Below, one piece after another: positions 8,590-17,975 of a stretch of DNA of 64,000 nucleotides. The notes beneath the pieces were generated by a model, which saw nothing but the letters and a program-made list of their open reading frames with translations, had not been told where the DNA came from and ran no database searches. Each line of letters begins with the position of its first letter. Positions within the stretch are counted from its first letter, which is position 1. The stretch is taken from assembly GCA_023898385.1 (NCBI GenBank), contig CP060220.1:1228993-1292992 (forward strand). The letters are read 5' to 3'. Origin of the DNA: Pseudobdellovibrionaceae bacterium (lineage in GTDB: Bacteria > Bdellovibrionota > Bdellovibrionia > Bdellovibrionales > UBA1609). The translations under genes were made by a program, and so were the position numbers.

Positions 8590-9018
8590 CTATTGGCCCC
8601 CAGAATCAAGGCCCACTTCTGCGTCTTCAGGAATTCTTTTAGCCGTCCTTTTAAGCTTTTCAACATAGTCCCGGTTTTTCACATACTGCTTTCTGGCTTT
8701 TTCAAACTCTTTTTCCTGCTGGAGCTTTTTCTGCTCAAACTCTTTTGCACTTTGTATGACCGGCTTAGGGCGGACAAACTGCCGCCGGGCCTCATCCCTC
8801 TCCTTTTCTAGCTTCTCCCGCCATCGACGCTGTTCATCAGCCGCTTGTTGGAGCTCAAACCGCTGACGCTTTAGGTCCATCTGCCGTTGGTAAAAATCCC
8901 CATAGCGATCATCCAGATCGCGAATCTGATCCATAAGTTCTGGGTCACGGGCGGCATCCACCTGGGATGTCGGCATCAAAATCCCAATAGCTAGAAATAG
9001 GGAAACAAATGTTTTCAT
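8590..9018 (-). CDS. secreted coiled-coil protein
   Basis: Internal start MKTFVSLFLAIGILMPTSQVDA (signal peptide), followed by charged heptad-like sequence. Confidence 0.6.
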   Translation of the reverse strand: MKTFVSLFLAIGILMPTSQVDAARDPELMDQIRDLDDRYGDFYQRQMDLKRQRFELQQAADEQRRWREKLEKERDEARRQFVRPKPVIQSAKEFEQKKLQQEKEFEKARKQYVKNRDYVEKLKRTAKRIPEDAEVGLDSGGQ

Positions 9019-9141
9019 GAAATCATTTTCTCGCAAAAAAACCCATATGTGAATTTTTCTGTGCCTCACCCCCGTTTTTGCTCGACCAAAATCTCAACTT
9101 TCCTTATGGTATCTCCTTATTTAGCGTTAAAAGGAGATCCC

Positions 9142-10161
9142 ATGGACCAGCTGCTCGAAATAGCCGTCTTTGCCGGAAAGATAATTTTGATCGTAGTTGG
9201 TGTTGCGGCCATCGCGGGCATCATCGCCAGCCAAGCCATGCGTTTTCGCACTGACAATCGGTTGATCGTTGAGCACCTCAATAAAAAATATGACGCTTTT
9301 GCCAATGCCCTTCGCTCTTACATGCTGGATAAAAAAACTTTTAAAGGTCTAACGAAAAAACAAAAAAAATCCTCTAAATCGAAGAAAAAAGAACCTAAAA
9401 ATCGACGAAACATTTTCGTTGTGGACTTTCACGGCGACATCAAGGCCTCCGCCGTAGACTACCTTCGCGACGAAATCACTGCTGTACTGAGTGTGGCCGA
9501 AAAAGGCGATGAGGTGGTAGTTCGACTTGAGAGCCCTGGCGGCATGGTCCATAGCTACGGCTTGGCAGCCTCGCAATTGGCTCGAATTAAAGAACATAAA
9601 CTTCACCTCACCGTTTGCGTCGACAAAGTGGCCGCCAGCGGAGGTTACATGATGGCTTGTACGGGAAATAAAATTATTGCTGCCCCGTTTGCAGTCCTAG
9701 GATCTATTGGTGTCTTAGCGCAAGTGCCAAACTTTCATAAACTTTTGAAAAAACATGATGTGGATTATGAGGAATTCACGGCGGGCGAGTACAAGCGCAC
9801 CCTCACTCTGCTTGGCGAAATCACTGACAAGAAAAAAGAGAAATTTGTTTCTCAGATTGAAGACACGCACACCCTTTTTAAAGACTTTGTCAGCACTCAT
9901 AGGCCCCAGCTGGATATGGCCACCGTGGCCACAGGTGAGCACTGGTACGGGACACGAGCCAAAGGCCTTGGCCTTCTTGACGAAATCATGACTAGCGACG
10001 AGTACTTGTTCTCGCACAAAGACACCGCAGATATCTATGCCCTTAAAATGGAGCATAAGAAAAAAGCTGTGGAAAAAATATCAGAAGCTTTCAGCAAGGC
10101 CATCAGTGAGGGCGTTGAGAAAGCCATTGATTCCGCTCGGGGATGGAAAATCTTCAGTTGA
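9142..10161 (+). CDS. sohB: protease SohB (peptidase S49)
   Basis: The ATG at 9142 follows an AAGGAG RBS. N-terminal TM segment, then VVVRLESPGGMVHSYG and VCVDKVAASGGYMMAC (S49 active-site region). Confidence 0.85.
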   Translation: MDQLLEIAVFAGKIILIVVGVAAIAGIIASQAMRFRTDNRLIVEHLNKKYDAFANALRSYMLDKKTFKGLTKKQKKSSKSKKKEPKNRRNIFVVDFHGDIKASAVDYLRDEITAVLSVAEKGDEVVVRLESPGGMVHSYGLAASQLARIKEHKLHLTVCVDKVAASGGYMMACTGNKIIAAPFAVLGSIGVLAQVPNFHKLLKKHDVDYEEFTAGEYKRTLTLLGEITDKKKEKFVSQIEDTHTLFKDFVSTHRPQLDMATVATGEHWYGTRAKGLGLLDEIMTSDEYLFSHKDTADIYALKMEHKKKAVEKISEAFSKAISEGVEKAIDSARGWKIFS

Positions 10162-12391
10162 TATTGTCGTTGGCCGATTCTCCATCGCCGGGGTCTTTTT
10201 CAGGATGAGTCGGCTGGCCTTCCGGACTTTGCCCTACGGGTAAAAGTTTTTTTGCCGTTTCCACCACAGTTTCTTTAATGAGATCGAACCGTGAGCCTTT
10301 TTGATTGGCCAGTATTTCTGTCACAAACTCTTGTTTGAGTTGATCCGTAACTGACAGTGACAAATTTCTTTTTGGTTCTTTTTTGGCCAGCGTCTTAAAC
10401 ATTTTTAGACTGGGCAATAACACTGGTTTTTCTGCCTCGCCTGACAAATTCCAGGTGAGCAACTTTAGATGGGGGAAATCGACGGTGACCTCTCCTTCAA
10501 GAGCCCCATGGTTCCATTCTCCTTGAGAGGAAAACACTACGGATTTATTCAAACCATTGGCCGAAAGCTTCGACCACTGACCTTTTTGCCTCTCTACCTT
10601 GATCGTGCCGTTGATATCAGAAAACGACGTCTCAGGACCAAGACGTTCATAATCTAAAAACAGTGGGCGAATCACTTTTTGGTAAGGATTGTCTTCTCTT
10701 AATGTCAACTGACCCACTTGAACCTTTGCCGCAAGAATATCTTCTTTAAAGTCCGTCTTCACCTTCACTGTATCTAAATGCCATTGGTCGTTCTCAATAG
10801 TCTTAAAACCAAAGTTGCCTTGCCACAAACTAAACTCCCCAGCTGAAACTACTGCTTTTCCGTACAACTCCATGGGGGCGAGACGTCCCTCCACCAATAA
10901 ATTTTGAATTGATGGATGGAGTTCAAGCGCCGAAATTTTTGCCTGCACTTCTCCATCAAGAAATTTTTCATCCAAATCAAATGACAAGACCCCATTGAAC
11001 TGTCCTGACTCCAACTCAACTTCATCAATAATCCCTAAATACCGACCATGTAACCAATGAATTTGCCCATGTACACGGGATACATGTTGGCGGCCTCTCA
11101 CACCCTTATTGATAAAAAACATCTCTAGGTCATTCACAGCCCCCGTGAAACTCATATCCTGTGTTGATCGAACGGACACTTCGCCGTTTAGCTCTCCAAA
11201 CTGGCTGAGCGCCCCTCGTGGACCCTGACGTCCTAATGCGTCCACTATTTTTTTGATTTTTAATCCTGAGATTGTCACTAGAAAGGGATCAAACCTTTTG
11301 TTCGTCATAGGATACAGTCGCAAATCCTTGGCCACTATTTTGCCCGCATCGCCATTCACCACACAATCTGACAATGTCAAATCGGCCGCCTCCCAGGCAA
11401 CAAGCTGCCCAGAATAAACGCCAGAACACGATAACCATAAATAGTTCGGGCTCCAGCCCCACTCGGTCAAATTTCGATAACGGGCTACTTGCATAAGGGC
11501 ATTGACTGGTAAGTTTTTTGCCGAAAAACGACTGGAAAAGAATCCTGATTCAAAATTGTAACTGGCACTGGTTTCAAGATTCCCTTCTCTCACCTGCGCG
11601 GTCAGGGATAACTCCAAAGTTTGGGGCGACACCAACCCTTCAAAACGCAAATGATCAAAGGTGGATTCGGGCAACCATGATGGAACAGAGGCAATTTCTG
11701 AACGTAATGTCAATATGGGGCTTTCTTCAGGCAAAGTCAGGCGCGTGGATTGAAGTTGCAGAACGAGCGTGTCAGCCCCATCCTGGTGCTCAAACCACTC
11801 CAAACTTTCAATAGAGACCCGCGGCAAAATCTGGCGCAAATCCTCTCGATGGGAGCCCCAATTTTTTGAAAAATACCGACGCAATTCATTGGACTTCTGC
11901 GTCCACAACTCATGATCTTTCACCACCGTGGAGGATTTTGGTTGCTCTGAAGGTGCCGGCGTTTCCACCGGGGATGGCGATGTCTCTTGAGCCTCACAAG
12001 AGCCCCGCCAAGTGGGCTGATAGACTTGGGCATTTGAAATTTCCGCACGGGAAAGACCCACATAGCCTTGAAACAACTGGGCGAGTGCTATTGGAAAATA
12101 AACCTTAGAGATTTTTATCTGCAGAGGCTTTTGGCAAGAACCCGGCAGATCAATTTGTACTCCGCCCACCTCAAGCGCAATAGCTGGTTTAATCCCGTCG
12201 GCCAAACTCAATCGGATCTGATTCATCTTAATGGGTACAGGAATTTTTTGAAAAGCCGCTGAAGCTTCTATTTTCTCACGAATATGTCCACTTGAAAAAA
12301 TGAACCGGACGGTACCACCCAGCAACGCGCCAACAATAAGTGAAGCTAAAAATACATACCATCCGCGCTGTGGATTTACTTTCTGGTCCAT
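10154..12391 (-). CDS. large N-terminally anchored envelope protein (AsmA/TamB-like, tentative)
   Basis: 745 aa with a single N-terminal TM (WYVFLASLIVGALLGG) followed by a long beta-rich region. The family assignment is by overall architecture only. Confidence 0.5.
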   Translation of the reverse strand: MDQKVNPQRGWYVFLASLIVGALLGGTVRFIFSSGHIREKIEASAAFQKIPVPIKMNQIRLSLADGIKPAIALEVGGVQIDLPGSCQKPLQIKISKVYFPIALAQLFQGYVGLSRAEISNAQVYQPTWRGSCEAQETSPSPVETPAPSEQPKSSTVVKDHELWTQKSNELRRYFSKNWGSHREDLRQILPRVSIESLEWFEHQDGADTLVLQLQSTRLTLPEESPILTLRSEIASVPSWLPESTFDHLRFEGLVSPQTLELSLTAQVREGNLETSASYNFESGFFSSRFSAKNLPVNALMQVARYRNLTEWGWSPNYLWLSCSGVYSGQLVAWEAADLTLSDCVVNGDAGKIVAKDLRLYPMTNKRFDPFLVTISGLKIKKIVDALGRQGPRGALSQFGELNGEVSVRSTQDMSFTGAVNDLEMFFINKGVRGRQHVSRVHGQIHWLHGRYLGIIDEVELESGQFNGVLSFDLDEKFLDGEVQAKISALELHPSIQNLLVEGRLAPMELYGKAVVSAGEFSLWQGNFGFKTIENDQWHLDTVKVKTDFKEDILAAKVQVGQLTLREDNPYQKVIRPLFLDYERLGPETSFSDINGTIKVERQKGQWSKLSANGLNKSVVFSSQGEWNHGALEGEVTVDFPHLKLLTWNLSGEAEKPVLLPSLKMFKTLAKKEPKRNLSLSVTDQLKQEFVTEILANQKGSRFDLIKETVVETAKKLLPVGQSPEGQPTHPEKDPGDGESANDNIN

Positions 12392-12400
12392 TCCCCCTCA

Positions 12401-12880
12401 TCACTTAAAGACGAAATTCAAAACCTCATACTCTTTATCGCCTTTAGGACTGCTAAACTCTATCAGATCACCCTTTGATTTTCCAATCATCGCGCGAGAT
12501 AAGGGCGAAAAAATGGAAATCTTCCCGGCCTTCACATCGGCTTCGTCTTCGCCAACGATCTGATAAGTCACAGTGCCGCCGGATTCTTGGTCTTCCAATG
12601 TGACCGTGGCACCGAAAATGATTTTGTCTGACTTTAATTTACTGGGATCCACCACATCGGCAGCGGCCAATTTAGCCTGCAGGTCATTGATACGAGATTC
12701 ACAAAAGGCCTGACGCTCTTTGGCGGCATCGTAGTCAGCATTTTCACTCAGATCACCGTGTCCGCGAGCCTCTTCGATGGCTCGCACCACTTCAGGGCGT
12801 TCCACTTGAAGGAGGTGCTTTAACTCCGCTTCCAGTCGAGCTTTTCCTGTAATCGTCATTGGATGTCTATCGCTAGTCAT
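12401..12880 (-). CDS. greA: transcription elongation factor GreA
   Basis: ITGKARLEAELKHL...EARGHGDLSENADYDAAKERQAF...INDLQAKLAAADVVDP matches GreA along its full length. Confidence 0.93.
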   Translation of the reverse strand: MTSDRHPMTITGKARLEAELKHLLQVERPEVVRAIEEARGHGDLSENADYDAAKERQAFCESRINDLQAKLAAADVVDPSKLKSDKIIFGATVTLEDQESGGTVTYQIVGEDEADVKAGKISIFSPLSRAMIGKSKGDLIEFSSPKGDKEYEVLNFVFK

Positions 12881-13001
12881 AGAAATCTCCGCCTATCTAG
12901 GGTATAAAAGCGCAGTATTATTATTTAATTCTTTGACCCAGACAACTGCAAAGGCGAATATATAGAAAATATTGGTAAGTCCTTTAAATAATTGGTTATT
13001 T

Positions 13002-14351
13002 ATGAAGCTGAATCCGTCTAACATCGGCATTATCAAGCGATTATTGGTGGGCCGAAACAACCGACCCCTGCGATCCATCCTTAATCGCCTGGAACCGGCG
13101 GACATTGCCTCACTGTTTAACACGCTCAATCAAAGGGAGCAGAAGCAACTTATCCACGCCCTGATCACCCTCGGTAAATCCAGTGAAGTGCTGGTGGAGC
13201 TCCCTGAAACACGCCTAGAAGACCTTTTAGAATCTCTGGACATCACCACCTTTGAACAAATACTTGAAGAAGCTCCCATTGATGATGCCGCTTATTTTGT
13301 GGGACTGACGGCTGAGGAAAAACACGAATCTCTGTTAAACCTTTTACCTATCAAAAAGCAGACGAAAATTCGGCAGTACCTGGCCTACCCCGAAGACTCT
13401 GCCGGCCGAATTATGCAAACAAAGGTCTTTAGTTTGCCAGTTCGACTCAACGCCAGTGAGGGTTTGGCGGAGTTAAGAAGCCGCGCCCAAGAGGAATCGA
13501 TCTATTATATCTATTGTGTAGACGAAGATGAACGCCTTGTGGGTGTGGTATCGCTTCGGGCCATGGCCACCGCACCTTCAGAAAAGCCTCTGGTGGAGTT
13601 GATTAAAAAAGATGTGATTACGGTTTCACCCATGGATGATGCTGAGGACGTGGCAAAGATGGTGGCCCACTATGACTTTATTGCCCTTCCTGTTTTGGAT
13701 AAACAACATCGACTGCTCGGCATTGTCACCGTGGATGATGTGGTCGACATCATTCAAGAGTTAGCCACAGCCAACATTTATGCCCAAGCCGGTCTACAAG
13801 AGGACGACCGCGTTTACACACCCGCCTTACAAAGTATTAAAAACCGAATTCCTTGGATGTTTTTAAACCTTTTCTTGGCTGGCCTAGCCAGTGCGGTAAT
13901 TGACTCTTATGAAGAGACCATGAAGCACCTCATTGTACTGGCCACAGTAAAAAACATTGTGCCTGCTCTTGGCGGAAATACGGCCATTCAAACCTTAACC
14001 GTAGTCACTCGAGGTCTGGCCACCGGGGACTTCAGCTTTATCAGCTATGCTAAAGCGGTGACGAAGGAAGCCACTGTGGGCCTCACCATTGGTGTATTTA
14101 CAGGACTGGGCGCTGGCACATTACTTTATTTATGGAAAGGCGACACCCTTGTCTCTGTGGTCATTTTCATTGCCATGGTTCTTAACTCGTTTTTGGCAGC
14201 CATTGCGGGGTCTATTGTGCCCATTCTGCTTAAGCGCTTTAACCTTGACCCAGCCACGGGGAGCGGTGTGCTTGTAACAATGATCACCGACATTTTTGGT
14301 TTCTTTGCCTTTTTAGGAATTGCCACACTTGGCCTAAAATACATGAGCTAG
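13002..14351 (+). CDS. mgtE: magnesium transporter MgtE
   Basis: MgtE N-domain, two CBS motifs (LVGVVSLRAM, LLGIVTVDDVVD) and a C-terminal channel (GGNTAIQTLTVVTRGLATG...DIFGFFAFLG). Start is uncertain: the track gives 12972, the ATG is at 13002. Confidence 0.9.
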   Translation: MKLNPSNIGIIKRLLVGRNNRPLRSILNRLEPADIASLFNTLNQREQKQLIHALITLGKSSEVLVELPETRLEDLLESLDITTFEQILEEAPIDDAAYFVGLTAEEKHESLLNLLPIKKQTKIRQYLAYPEDSAGRIMQTKVFSLPVRLNASEGLAELRSRAQEESIYYIYCVDEDERLVGVVSLRAMATAPSEKPLVELIKKDVITVSPMDDAEDVAKMVAHYDFIALPVLDKQHRLLGIVTVDDVVDIIQELATANIYAQAGLQEDDRVYTPALQSIKNRIPWMFLNLFLAGLASAVIDSYEETMKHLIVLATVKNIVPALGGNTAIQTLTVVTRGLATGDFSFISYAKAVTKEATVGLTIGVFTGLGAGTLLYLWKGDTLVSVVIFIAMVLNSFLAAIAGSIVPILLKRFNLDPATGSGVLVTMITDIFGFFAFLGIATLGLKYMS

Positions 14352-14357
14352 CCGAAA

Positions 14358-14753
14358 ATGAAAATCTCACCCAAAGAATTAAATTTTACTTTTTCAAAAA
14401 GCTCGGGTGCCGGCGGACAAAACGTAAATAAGGTCAACACCAAGGTCACATTGCGCTGGAATATCTTTGAATCCTCTAGTGTTTCACAAAAAGTGATTGA
14501 CCGATTTTGCGAGCTCTTTCCCAATAAGATCCTTGATGACGGCACAGTGCAGATTTCAAGCCAGCGCTATCGCCTGCAAGCTCGCAACATTGCCGACTGC
14601 GTAGAAAAATTGCACGTCATGATAGAGAAAGCCGCGCGCCCCAAAAAGCCGCGAAGGCCCACCAAACCCACAACCTCTTCTGTGGAAAAGCGGCTCAAAG
14701 GAAAACGATTACAAAGCGATAAGAAACGCCAACGACAAGGACGAGACGACTAG
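14358..14753 (+). CDS. arfB: alternative ribosome-rescue factor ArfB (peptidyl-tRNA hydrolase, GGQ)
   Basis: SGAGGQNVNKVNTKVTLRW GGQ motif plus a basic C-terminal tail (KKPRRPTKP...KRLKGKRLQSDKKRQRQ). Confidence 0.9.
   Translation: MKISPKELNFTFSKSSGAGGQNVNKVNTKVTLRWNIFESSSVSQKVIDRFCELFPNKILDDGTVQISSQRYRLQARNIADCVEKLHVMIEKAARPKKPRRPTKPTTSSVEKRLKGKRLQSDKKRQRQGRDD
14706..14743 (+). repeat. direct repeat, left copy (arfB 3' end)
   Basis: cgattacaaagcgataagaaacgccaacgacaaggacg. It matches 16271-16308 at 37 of 38 positions, and weaker similarity continues for about 10 nt. Confidence 0.9.
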
Positions 14754-14833
14754 CTCCTGGATAATTTGGTTTTGGCAAATCCAGCGAGTAAATTTCATTA
14801 TTTTGGATAAATTTGTCAAAAAATGTTACATAT

Positions 14834-14876
14834 TGACATGTTTGTCCTTTCCGATTACCATGGGACAAACATGTCA
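14834..14876. promoter_or_regulatory. perfect 14-bp inverted repeat (candidate AbiEi operator) overlapping a TTGACA-N17-TACCAT promoter
   Basis: tgacatgtttgtcc (14834-14847) and ggacaaacatgtca (14863-14876), with a 15-nt spacer, directly upstream of the abiEi start. Confidence 0.55.
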
Positions 14877-14890
14877 GAAATCATAAAGGG

Positions 14891-15508
14891 GTGACAATAT
14901 TGTCATTTAGAGAGTTGAAGTCTATCTTAGAAAAAGAGTTGGTCATTAGTGCAAAAGATGCTTCCACAGTTTTAGGGGACCGGAAAAGAGTCTATGCTTT
15001 GCAGGACAAAGGTGACCTTAAAAGATGTGGCACGGGTCTTTATACCTTGCCTGGGATAGAAGAAGGAACTGCACAATTTGCTGCCCTAAATAAATACTTT
15101 CCAAAGTGTGTAGTTTCCGGAGTGACGGCCCTCTCTCTTTGTGGGTTGGGCCAAGAGTATCTGGATAAGATACACGTGGATATTCCTAATACTACGAATT
15201 TATCTAACTCTCTACTCGAAGTTCACCGAGTGACTGCAAAGCGGATAAGTCATGTAGAAAACAGAAAATTTGAAGAAAAAGGCATACCCTTTAAGATTAA
15301 AGTCTACTCACCTGAGCGGACACTGTTTGAGGCCTACAAGTACTATGGCGTTGGGACAGATGCATTTATACGGGCCATTAAAAACTATCGAAATCTTTAT
15401 TTAAATAAAAAATCACCTGGCAAACAGTACGATGTTATTTTGAGTATAGACAAAGAAGTGGGAAGGGAACTGGTTAATTTTTTGAGCATGGGAGATATCA
15501 ATGGATGA
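14891..15508 (+). CDS. abiEi: AbiEi-like antitoxin / transcriptional regulator (type IV TA)
   Basis: N-terminal wHTH pattern VISAKDASTVLGDRKRVYALQDKGDLKRCGTGLYTLPG. About 205 aa, as in the short AbiEi (COG5340) class. It overlaps the next gene by 8 nt. Confidence 0.7.
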   Translation: MTILSFRELKSILEKELVISAKDASTVLGDRKRVYALQDKGDLKRCGTGLYTLPGIEEGTAQFAALNKYFPKCVVSGVTALSLCGLGQEYLDKIHVDIPNTTNLSNSLLEVHRVTAKRISHVENRKFEEKGIPFKIKVYSPERTLFEAYKYYGVGTDAFIRAIKNYRNLYLNKKSPGKQYDVILSIDKEVGRELVNFLSMGDING

Positions 15509-16259
15509 GACCTCTCTTTTATCTCAATTTGAGAAATGGAAGAAGGAGCACGATCAACATGGTCGCATGGCCTTCTCTCGCTTTATCATGCTGACTTTTT
15601 TAGACGGCCTCGAAAAAGTCAGCGACGACTTCATTTTTAAGGGAGGAAATCTTCTGTGGCACTACATTCAAACACCGAGAGCTACGGTAGATCTCGATCT
15701 ATCGACCATAACTTTAAAATCTCATTTGGAGATTAAGCAATGCCTTGAACAGTCCTTTGCTATTCACAAAGAAATTCAATTTTCTATAAAAGAGTTTAGA
15801 ACCATTCATGATGAGGAAGAAATTGGTGCGGCCATTACTATCACTTATCAGACATATCATGGACAAAAAAATCAATTTGAAATAGATATCGTTTATACAT
15901 TGCCAACAGATTTGGTCAAAATAAAATCGACTGTTAGTGATAGAAGTTTAACTTCGGCAAGTATAGAAAATATTATTGCTGATAAAGTCAATGCGGCCCA
16001 CAGATTCGCGGGTGGCAACACCCGCATGAAAGATTTTGATGATTTGTGGAGAATTTCAAAATCAGATATTAGAATTAATAAAAGTAAGGTCAATAGGCTT
16101 TTCAAAAAAAGAGTGATTCCTTTCTCATTGGAGGGAACTTGGGTAGAAAATTTAAATCATGCCTGGAAAGGACATGTGAAAAGGTACAAAGACTTGCCAA
16201 GTGACATTTTAGTAATATTCGAAGATATCAATTCTTGGCTAAAAGGCTTAAAGAAATGA
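15501..16259 (+). CDS. abiEii: AbiEii/AbiGii-family nucleotidyltransferase toxin (DUF1814)
   Basis: FIFKGGNLLWHYIQTPRATVDLDL is the signature KGG...R.T.DLD nucleotidyltransferase motif. 252 aa. Confidence 0.75.
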   Translation: MDETSLLSQFEKWKKEHDQHGRMAFSRFIMLTFLDGLEKVSDDFIFKGGNLLWHYIQTPRATVDLDLSTITLKSHLEIKQCLEQSFAIHKEIQFSIKEFRTIHDEEEIGAAITITYQTYHGQKNQFEIDIVYTLPTDLVKIKSTVSDRSLTSASIENIIADKVNAAHRFAGGNTRMKDFDDLWRISKSDIRINKSKVNRLFKKRVIPFSLEGTWVENLNHAWKGHVKRYKDLPSDILVIFEDINSWLKGLKK

Positions 16260-16270
16260 AGGTTGGGCAG

Positions 16271-16308
16271 CGATTGCAAAGCGATAAGAAACGCCAACGA
16301 CAAGGACG
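16271..16308 (+). repeat. direct repeat, right copy (duplicate of arfB 3' end)
   Basis: cgattgcaaagcgataagaaacgccaacgacaaggacg. In the arfB frame it would read RLQSDKKRQRQGRDYWSRPLAN*. Confidence 0.9.
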
Positions 16309-16495
16309 TGATTACTGGTCTAGGCCTTTGGCGAATTGAATCGCTTTTGTGAACAGAAAATCGCCGCCGCACGTCAGGTGTCTTGCCCAATAGACCCATG
16401 CCACAGCAAAACCCTTAAACTCCACTTCAATGACCTTCGTCTTGTTTATGTTTTTGTTGTATAATCCGATAAGTGAGCACAGAGGTCATCAGAGA

Positions 16496-17521
16496 ATGGA
16501 CAGTCGGTACCTTAAAAATTTAGAATTGCGACGATTGGTTGAGAAAATCGAAACCGCTTCGTCTATTCTTCTCACCACCCACAAACAGTGTGACGGTGAT
16601 GGTTTAGGTGCCATGCTCGGGCTCTATCATGCCCTTAGAAAGTTAGATAAGAAGGTTCGGGTTATCACGGTTGACGGAGTTCCGGCTAAATATCGATTTC
16701 TGCAACCGGAACTGCACTTACAAAATTTTGACAAACCTCACGACCCCATTGAACCCACAGACCTTTGCCTTATCTTCGACACAAATGACAGGCGCCTTGT
16801 GGATCCCTTATTTTTCGAGCTTGAGAAACAATGCAAGCAGATTGCCTTCGTCGACCATCACCCAGTTTTAAATAAAGGCCCTGAACCCACTCCTGGATCG
16901 TACATAGATACATCAGCCGCAAGCACCGGCGAAATCGCCTTTTTTATAATAAAAGCCTTAGGCATTCGAATGGATCAAATGATTGCCCGCGCCCTCTACA
17001 CGAGCATCGCCTTTGACACGCAAATATTTAGGTATGTTAAAAACTCTCCCTCGAGCCATTTGATTGCAGCAGAACTGCTTGAACATGAGAAAAATGCTTA
17101 TTCGGTACATCGATTTTTATTTGCGACTTACACACAAGAAAAAATCGCCTTTCTTGGTAAAGTGCTCAGCGAAGTGGAGTACTTTGCCGAGGGTCAAGTG
17201 GCTGTGGTCAAAGTGAGCCTCTCTGACTTGAAAGATCATGACTTAGATATGGATGATTCTCGTGACGTTATTGATATGATTATGAACATCAACGCCTTGC
17301 AAGTGGCGGCCTTATTTCGTGAAGATGCCCCGAATGAGTACAAACTCAGCTTACGCAGTAAAGGCAGCATTGAAGTTTTAGGCATTGCTGAAAGCTTTGG
17401 CGGTGGTGGTCATATGTTTGCTTCTGGAGCTCCCCTACAGGGACAATATGAAGACTTAAAACTGAAGCTTGTGAACCAATTTTTAAAACGTCTTAACGGT
17501 ACCACCAAAGCTAAAAGCTAA
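16496..17521 (+). CDS. nrnA: DHH-family phosphoesterase NrnA (oligoribonuclease / pAp phosphatase)
   Basis: HKQCDGDGLGA, FVDHHP (DHH) and GGGGHMFASG (DHHA1) motifs. The ATG at 16496 (MDSRYLKN) is preferred over the track start. Confidence 0.85.
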   Translation: MDSRYLKNLELRRLVEKIETASSILLTTHKQCDGDGLGAMLGLYHALRKLDKKVRVITVDGVPAKYRFLQPELHLQNFDKPHDPIEPTDLCLIFDTNDRRLVDPLFFELEKQCKQIAFVDHHPVLNKGPEPTPGSYIDTSAASTGEIAFFIIKALGIRMDQMIARALYTSIAFDTQIFRYVKNSPSSHLIAAELLEHEKNAYSVHRFLFATYTQEKIAFLGKVLSEVEYFAEGQVAVVKVSLSDLKDHDLDMDDSRDVIDMIMNINALQVAALFREDAPNEYKLSLRSKGSIEVLGIAESFGGGGHMFASGAPLQGQYEDLKLKLVNQFLKRLNGTTKAKS

Positions 17522-17523
17522 GT

Positions 17524-17790
17524 ATGAACCGCTCAGGCCATAACAACAAAAAAGACCCCATTATTTGCTCCTGCAACTTTGTGAAGCAATCCACCATAGA
17601 AAAAGCTATCACTGAAGGATGTGACACTTTAAATAAAATTTATGATGAGACCGCAGCCGGTATCGGACCTTGCGGCGGCAGTTGCCGAGTCATGCTTCAG
17701 TACATGCTCGACACCTTTAAAACCACAGGCCAGTTTCCCGAAAATCCTCGAATCAAGCGGAGGCGAAAACCACCACCCCGCAGAGGTTAA
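17524..17790 (+). CDS. BFD-like [2Fe-2S]-binding domain protein
   Basis: C-S-C...GPCGGSC cysteine pattern of the BFD-like domain, plus a basic tail. Confidence 0.7.
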   Translation: MNRSGHNNKKDPIICSCNFVKQSTIEKAITEGCDTLNKIYDETAAGIGPCGGSCRVMLQYMLDTFKTTGQFPENPRIKRRRKPPPRRG

Positions 17791-17975
17791 CTCGAAACAC
17801 GGCCCCCGTCAGTATGGCCCGAATTCACATGAATTGTTTTTCGCAATCGGAACCAAGTTTCCATCTGAATCCCGCCTATTAAAACGGCAACACAGTTACC
17901 CTTTTGATTTGGAGCAAAAATAAAAATTTCGTACACGCGAACTATCTACGGGTATCGGAATTCGGTCACTTTTGA

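Noticed and set aside
12881-13001. Mg2+ (M-box) riboswitch upstream of mgtE
   Set aside because: The intergenic region is only ~90-120 nt and is shared with the divergent greA promoter. That is too short for an M-box, and no conserved M-box strings were noticed.
16157-16399. 80-aa minus-strand ORF
   Set aside because: It overlaps the abiEii 3' end and the arfB-derived direct repeat. It has no RBS or motif.
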